32,000 nt of DNA from Longivirga aurantiaca (GTDB taxonomy: Bacteria; Actinomycetota; Actinomycetes; S36-B12; CAIYMF01), in contig NZ_JBHSTI010000008.1 of assembly GCF_042660085.1 (NCBI RefSeq), positions 30,001 through 62,000 on the forward strand, given 5' to 3'. The notes under the pieces were generated by a model that was not told where the DNA came from, ran no database searches, and saw only the letters and a program-made list of their open reading frames with translations. Positions 25,544 to 32,000 of the stretch are shown here, piece by piece. Every line of letters begins with the position of its first letter. The stretch's first letter is position 1. A program made the translations under genes and the position numbers.

Positions 25544-26401
25544 TCAGACGGCGAGCTGGGTGATCTCGACGGTGACGCCGAGGCTCTCGCTCGCACCGCC
25601 GGCGTAGATGCCCTTCAGCGGCGGGACGTCGGCGTAGTCGCGACCGCGGGCCACGACGACGTGCGCCGACCCGACGGTGCGGTCGTTGGTGGGGTCGAAC
25701 GCCTCCCAGCCGCCGTTCCACACCTCGACCCACGCGTGGCTCTCGCCGACGACGGTGCGCCCGGGGGTCTCCTCCTCGTCGTGGAGGTAGCCGCTCACAT
25801 AGCGCGCGGGGATGCGCAGCGAGCGCAGGAGCGAGAGCAGGGTGTGCGAGTAGTCCTGGCAGACGCCGCCGCCGATCGCCCACGCCTGCGCGGCCGTCGT
25901 GCGGACGCCCGTCGCGGAGTCGTCGTACCGGATCCGCGCGCGGGTCGCGTCGACGGCGCCGTGGATCGCTTCCTTCGGGGTGGCCAGCGCGCGCAACGAC
26001 TCGATGATCCCCGCCCGTTCGGGATCGGTGGCCGCGTCGTCGACGAGGTCCGTCGGCACGAGGAACTCGCCCCACCGGTCGAGGACTGCGGGGGCTGTGA
26101 CCTCGTTCCATCCGACGCCGTCGAGCTCGGGCGCACCGCGCGGCACGTCGACGAGCGACGTCGCGACGATCTCGAGCATGTCGTGCTCCTCGTGCACGTC
26201 GAACGACTGCACGAGCGCGCCCCAGTAGTCGACGTACGCCTGCACCGAGGCGCGCGGCGACACCTGCAGCTGGTGCGAGAGCAGCATCTGCCCGTCGGCG
26301 TCGCGAGGCGTCATGCGGACCTCGTTGAACGAGGCCTGCACGGGGGCTGTGTAGCGGTAGCCCGTGCGGTGCGTGATGCGCAGGCGGCGTCCGGTCGACA
26401 T
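25544..26401 (-). CDS. Transglutaminase-like family protein
   Basis: 285 aa from ATG 26401; RITHRTGYRYTAPVQASFNEVRMTP, GGGVCQDYSHTLLSLLRSLRIPARYVSGYL, ESHAWVEVWNGGWEAFDPTND (Cys/His/Asp triad). Confidence 0.93.
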   Translation of the reverse strand: MSTGRRLRITHRTGYRYTAPVQASFNEVRMTPRDADGQMLLSHQLQVSPRASVQAYVDYWGALVQSFDVHEEHDMLEIVATSLVDVPRGAPELDGVGWNEVTAPAVLDRWGEFLVPTDLVDDAATDPERAGIIESLRALATPKEAIHGAVDATRARIRYDDSATGVRTTAAQAWAIGGGVCQDYSHTLLSLLRSLRIPARYVSGYLHDEEETPGRTVVGESHAWVEVWNGGWEAFDPTNDRTVGSAHVVVARGRDYADVPPLKGIYAGGASESLGVTVEITQLAV

Positions 26402-27302
26402 CAGTAGCTCCACACGATCGTGCCGGCCTGGCGGAAGTACGAGTCGGCCGTGGCGAGGCCCGCGTTGACGGCCGACAGCTGGGTGTCGTGCGCGAGCTGG
26501 TCGAGCAGGCCCGGGTCCTCGTTCGTGCCGGCGAACTCGAGCCGCGAGCGCATGAGGCCCACCTCGCGCACGAGGTCGCCGTCGGCACCGCTGCCGTAGG
26601 TCTGCAGGCCGCGCACCGCCTCCTCGGCCTGCCGGGCGCTGTGGAGCATCGAGCGCGGGAAGGTCGGGTCGAGCACGAGGAAGCGTCGGACCATGTCGCC
26701 CGTGGGCGCCTCGCCCGTACGGAGGAACGGCGAGAGCCCTGCGGCTGCACGGAGGGTGGCGACCGGGCCGGTGTCGGGCCAGAGCTGCTCGTGCCGCACC
26801 TCGAGCAGTCGGCCGGTCATGTCGACCCGCTCGAGCGAGCGGCCCAGCATGAGGAACCCGTGGCCCTCGTCGCGCGACATCGTCCACTCGATGGCGCCGT
26901 TGACGACCATGAGGCGCTCGATCACGCGGTACATGGACGGCCCCGGGCTGGCCGCGGCCATCAGCCCGCGCGTCAGCGTGAGGTAGGCGCCGTTCAGCGA
27001 CTCGAAGACGTCGCCCGACAGCGCGTCACGCACCGACCGGGCGTTCTCGCGCGCTGCCCCGACGGCGCCGATGACGGTCGACGGGTTGCTGACGTCGCCC
27101 AGCAGGGCGCGCACGAGCTCGGTCGGCGTGGTGACGTCGTCGTGGGGGAGCGTGAGCGCGTCGAGCACCACGGTCGCGGCGAGCTCGTCCGGCACCGACC
27201 GGTCCTCCACCGTCAGGTGGTAGTGCTCGGCGAGCAGACGGGCCGTGGCCTCGGCGCGCTCGAGGTAGCGGCCGATCCAGTAGAACGACTCGGCGAGGCG
27301 GC

Positions 27303-27309
<7 letters not shown>
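26401..27309 (-). CDS. Alpha-E domain-containing protein
   Basis: 302 aa; MLSRLAESFYWIGRYLERAEATARLLAEHYH, VMLGRSLERVDMTGRLLEVR-like repeats typical of alpha-E proteins. Confidence 0.93.
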
Positions 27310-28949
<1,640 letters not shown>

Positions 28950-29147
28950 GGGGCGAAGTGTGCCCCTCTCGTGTTACCGCGTGCATGCTCATCGGTGTCA
29001 CCGGTGTTTCCCCGCTGCCCCGTCGGCCCGGGGAGGGCGGGGCCGCGGCGGACCGCCCGGTCCCCGCGCCGCTGCCCCTGACCTGCGGGGACGCCGCTGA
29101 GATCGATGCGCAGGGGGACTCCCGCAACCAGTGCCCCGCGGTCCACA

Positions 29148-31109
29148 ATGGATCCCATGTCACCGGTTACACCCTCGGGAGCTCGGGCCGACGTGGCCGA
29201 CCTCGTGGCCGCCGCCCTCGCCGCCCGGAAGGCGAGCACCTATCCCGGCGCGGCCGACCTCCTGGCCCGTGCCCGGCGGTGGGGGCCCGACCTGTCGGCC
29301 GGTGTCCACGCGGTGTTCGGCCCGCAGTCCGAGGGGCTCGTCCGCCGGCTCGCCGAGGTCGTCGTGGACGGCTGGCTCGCCCGGCCCGAGGCGCTGCGCG
29401 AGCGCGACGTGGACCGGCTGCTGCGCCCGGACTGGTTCCAGGGCCCGGATGCGCTCGGCTACGTCTGCTACGCCGACCGGTTCGCCGGCACCCTCGCCGG
29501 CGTCACGGAGCACGTCGACTACCTCCGTGAGCTGGGCACGACGTACCTGCACCTGATGCCGCTGCTGGCGCCGCGGGAGGGCGCCAACGACGGCGGGTAC
29601 GCCGTGGCCGACTACCGATCGGTGCGCTCGGACCTCGGCACGATGGACGACCTCGAGAAGCTCGCGGCGGTGCTGCACGACAACGGCATCGCGCTCACGA
29701 TCGACCTGGTCCTCAACCACGTCGCGGCCGAGCACGAGTGGGCGGCGGCAGCGCGGGCGGGCGATCCGAGGTACCGCGCGTACTTCCACGTGTTCGACGA
29801 CCGCGCCGAGCCCGACCGCTTCGAGCGCACGCTGCCCGAGGTCTTCCCCGACTTCGCGCCGGGCAACTTCACGTGGGACGACGAGATCGACGGCTGGGTC
29901 TGGACGACGTTCAACTCGTACCAGTGGGACCTCAACTGGTCGAACCCGGACGTGGTCACCGAGTTCGCCGACCTCGTGCTGTTCCTCGCCAACAAGGGTG
30001 TCGACTGCCTGCGCCTCGACGCGATCGCGTTCCTCTGGAAGCGGCTCGGCACCAACTGCCAGAACCAGCCCGAGGTGCACGGCATCACGCGAGCGCTGCG
30101 CGCCGTGGCGCGGATCGCGGCGCCGTCGCTGGTGTTCAAGGCCGAGGCGATCGTGGCACCGGGCGACCTCGTGAAGTACCTCGGCGTCGGCGAGTACGCC
30201 GGCTCGGTGTCAGACCTGGCGTACCACAACAGCCTCATGGTGCAGATCTGGTCGGCGCTCGCCACCAACGACGCCCGCCTTCTCGTGCGGGCGCTCGACA
30301 GCTTCCCGCCCAAGCCGACCACGACCGCGTGGGCGACGTACCTCCGCTGCCACGACGACATCGGCTGGGCCATCGACGACGCCGACGCGGCGGCGATCGG
30401 TTGGAACGGCTACGACCACAGGCGGTTCCTGTCGCAGTGGTTCGTCGGCGCGTTCCCCGGGAGCCCGGCGCGCGGCGCGGAGTTCCAGGTGAACGAGGCG
30501 ACGGGCGACAGCCGCATCTCCGGGAGCGCGGCGTCGCTCGCGGGCGTCGAGACGGCGCTCGCGTCCAACGATGCCGCCCGCCTCGAGATCGCGCTGCGCC
30601 GTCTGCGCTGCGCCTACGCCGTCGTGTACGGCTTCGGCGGGATCCCGCTGCTCTACATGGGCGACGAGCTTGCGCTGCTCAACGACCACTCGTACCTCGA
30701 CGAGCCGGCGCATGCCGAGGACAACCGCTGGATGCATCGTCCGAAGATGCCGTGGGACAGGGTGTCTCGACGCACCGACCCGTATGCGCTCGAGGGCCGG
30801 ATGCACGGCGTGATCAAGCACCTCGGCGAGGTGCGCCGGTCGCTTCCGTCGCTGCACGCCGCGGTCGAGTCCGAGACCGCGCTCACGTCCAACCCGTCGG
30901 TCCTCGCGGTGCAGCGCCGGCACGCCGCCGGCGACCTCGTGCAGCTCTACAACTTCTCCGGCGACTGGCAGCGCATCGACGACTCGGCGCTCGGCTCGAT
31001 CCGGCACACCGACGTCGTCGACCATCTGACCGGCGGCACGCCGTTGCGCGAGGACGGCCAGGTCGTGCTCGAGCCGTACGCCGCCCTCTGGCTCACCACC
31101 CGCACCTGA
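29148..31109 (+). CDS. GH13 alpha-amylase family, amylosucrase-like (start uncertain: 29106, 29148 or 29157)
   Basis: About 650 aa; YVCYADRFAGTLAGVTEHVDYLRELGTTYLHLMPLLAPREGANDGGYAVADY, DLVLNHVAAEHEWA, SYQWDLNWSNPDV, CLRLDAIAFLWKRLG, KAEAIV, CHDDIGW. Confidence 0.9.
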   Translation: MDPMSPVTPSGARADVADLVAAALAARKASTYPGAADLLARARRWGPDLSAGVHAVFGPQSEGLVRRLAEVVVDGWLARPEALRERDVDRLLRPDWFQGPDALGYVCYADRFAGTLAGVTEHVDYLRELGTTYLHLMPLLAPREGANDGGYAVADYRSVRSDLGTMDDLEKLAAVLHDNGIALTIDLVLNHVAAEHEWAAAARAGDPRYRAYFHVFDDRAEPDRFERTLPEVFPDFAPGNFTWDDEIDGWVWTTFNSYQWDLNWSNPDVVTEFADLVLFLANKGVDCLRLDAIAFLWKRLGTNCQNQPEVHGITRALRAVARIAAPSLVFKAEAIVAPGDLVKYLGVGEYAGSVSDLAYHNSLMVQIWSALATNDARLLVRALDSFPPKPTTTAWATYLRCHDDIGWAIDDADAAAIGWNGYDHRRFLSQWFVGAFPGSPARGAEFQVNEATGDSRISGSAASLAGVETALASNDAARLEIALRRLRCAYAVVYGFGGIPLLYMGDELALLNDHSYLDEPAHAEDNRWMHRPKMPWDRVSRRTDPYALEGRMHGVIKHLGEVRRSLPSLHAAVESETALTSNPSVLAVQRRHAAGDLVQLYNFSGDWQRIDDSALGSIRHTDVVDHLTGGTPLREDGQVVLEPYAALWLTTRT

Positions 31110-31174
31110 CCGGCGCCCCCGGTGTGCGCGATGCTGCGGGCCTTCATCGAAGTCCCCGCTCCAGGCGCAGGGCC

Positions 31175-31699
31175 TCAGACGTGGCCGGAGTCCTCGATCT
31201 CGGACTCGGCTGCGGCCTCGTGCTCGAGCTGGCGCGCGAACGAGGCATGGATCTCGGCCTCGGCGTCCGTGCGGCCGGCCCAGGTGGCGCCCTCGACGCT
31301 CTTGCCGGGCTCGAGGTCCTTGTAGACCTCGAAGAAGTGCTGGATCTCGAGGCGGTCGAACTCGGCCACGTGGTGGATGTCGCGCAGGTGCTCGAGGCGA
31401 GGGTCGCCCGAGGGCACGCAGAGCACCTTGTCGTCGCCGCCGGCCTCGTCGGTCATCCGGAACATCCCGATCGCGCGGCACTTGATGAGGCAGCCGGGGA
31501 AGGTCGGCTCCTGCAGCAGGACCATCGCGTCGAGCGGGTCGCCGTCCTGGCCGAGGGTGCCTTCGATGTAGCCGTAGTCGTGGGGGTAGCGCGTCGAGGT
31601 GAACAGCATCCGGTCGAGGCGGATGCGACCGGTGAGGTGGTCGACCTCGTACTTGTTGCGCGAGCCGGCGGGGATCTCGATCAGGACGTCGAACTCCAC
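31175..31699 (-). CDS. ppa: Inorganic pyrophosphatase
   Basis: 174 aa; [55 protein letters not shown]. Confidence 0.97.
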   Translation of the reverse strand: MEFDVLIEIPAGSRNKYEVDHLTGRIRLDRMLFTSTRYPHDYGYIEGTLGQDGDPLDAMVLLQEPTFPGCLIKCRAIGMFRMTDEAGGDDKVLCVPSGDPRLEHLRDIHHVAEFDRLEIQHFFEVYKDLEPGKSVEGATWAGRTDAEAEIHASFARQLEHEAAAESEIEDSGHV

Positions 31700-31907
31700 G
31701 GGGGCACTCCTGCGGTCGGTGTCACGAGCGGGAAGGTCGACACGGCCGGATGCCCGGACGCCGTCGTCCGTCGCCTAGTGTTCCGTACGCGGACCCCCAT
31801 GCGTGACCACGCCCGCGACCTCGGGTGACCGGGATCACGGACGGCCGCCGCAGCACGGCGTCCCGCAGCGATGACGACGTCCCCCGAGCGACCCCGAAGG
31901 ACCCCTC

Positions 31908-32000
31908 GTGAGCAGCGCCCGACGACCCGCCCTCGCGGCGGCGTGCGCGCTCGCCCTGGCTCTGCCCGTGCTCGTCGGCGGCTCGGCCGCAGGCGCCCCG
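31908..32000 (+). CDS. N-terminus of exported protein (3' truncated), possibly D-alanyl-D-alanine carboxypeptidase
   Basis: GTG 31908 reads VSSARRPALAAACALALALPVLVGGSAAGAP, a signal peptide. The family guess rests only on common neighbourhood next to ppa in actinobacteria. Confidence 0.45.
   Translation, partial: MSSARRPALAAACALALALPVLVGGSAAGAP

Noticed and set aside
24588-26750. 720-aa ORF as a transglutaminase-thioesterase fusion
   Set aside because: Frame upstream of ATG 25424 is alternative-frame sequence across the hairpin and the transglutaminase gene; TesB starts at 25424.

Overview
High-GC (~70%) actinobacterial chromosomal window, densely coding and mostly housekeeping or metabolic genes. 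No rRNA, tRNA, CRISPR, transposase or phage genes were recognised. Gene content: end of an M20-type amidohydrolase; glutamate-cysteine ligase family; a sulfur cassette (SQR-like flavoprotein, TusE/DsrC-like, DsrE2-like); class IV aminotransferase; AlkB-rubredoxin fusion with a coupled TetR; SulP transporter; TetR divergent from an NCS1 permease-ureohydrolase operon; ECF42-like sigma with YCII/DGPF protein; phosphoketolase-acetate kinase; WhiB divergent from TetR; sulfite-oxidase-fold-like lipoprotein coupled to a GGDEF protein; orphan AAA-type ATPase; PLP decarboxylase; TesB thioesterase; circularly permuted ATP-grasp/alpha-E/transglutaminase cluster; amylosucrase-like GH13; inorganic pyrophosphatase. 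The most novel-looking signal is a pair of related long hairpin elements (185-240 and 25488-25543). They share flanks and loop but differ by three compensatory base-pair changes in the stem, and each sits just after the stop codon of a minus-strand gene. Four candidate inverted-repeat operators upstream of regulated cassettes (2184-2199, 7479-7507, 10160-10191, 18723-18756) and a LacI/cre-like site upstream of the phosphoketolase gene are also worth a look. I did not find convincing evidence of a wholly new multi-gene system.
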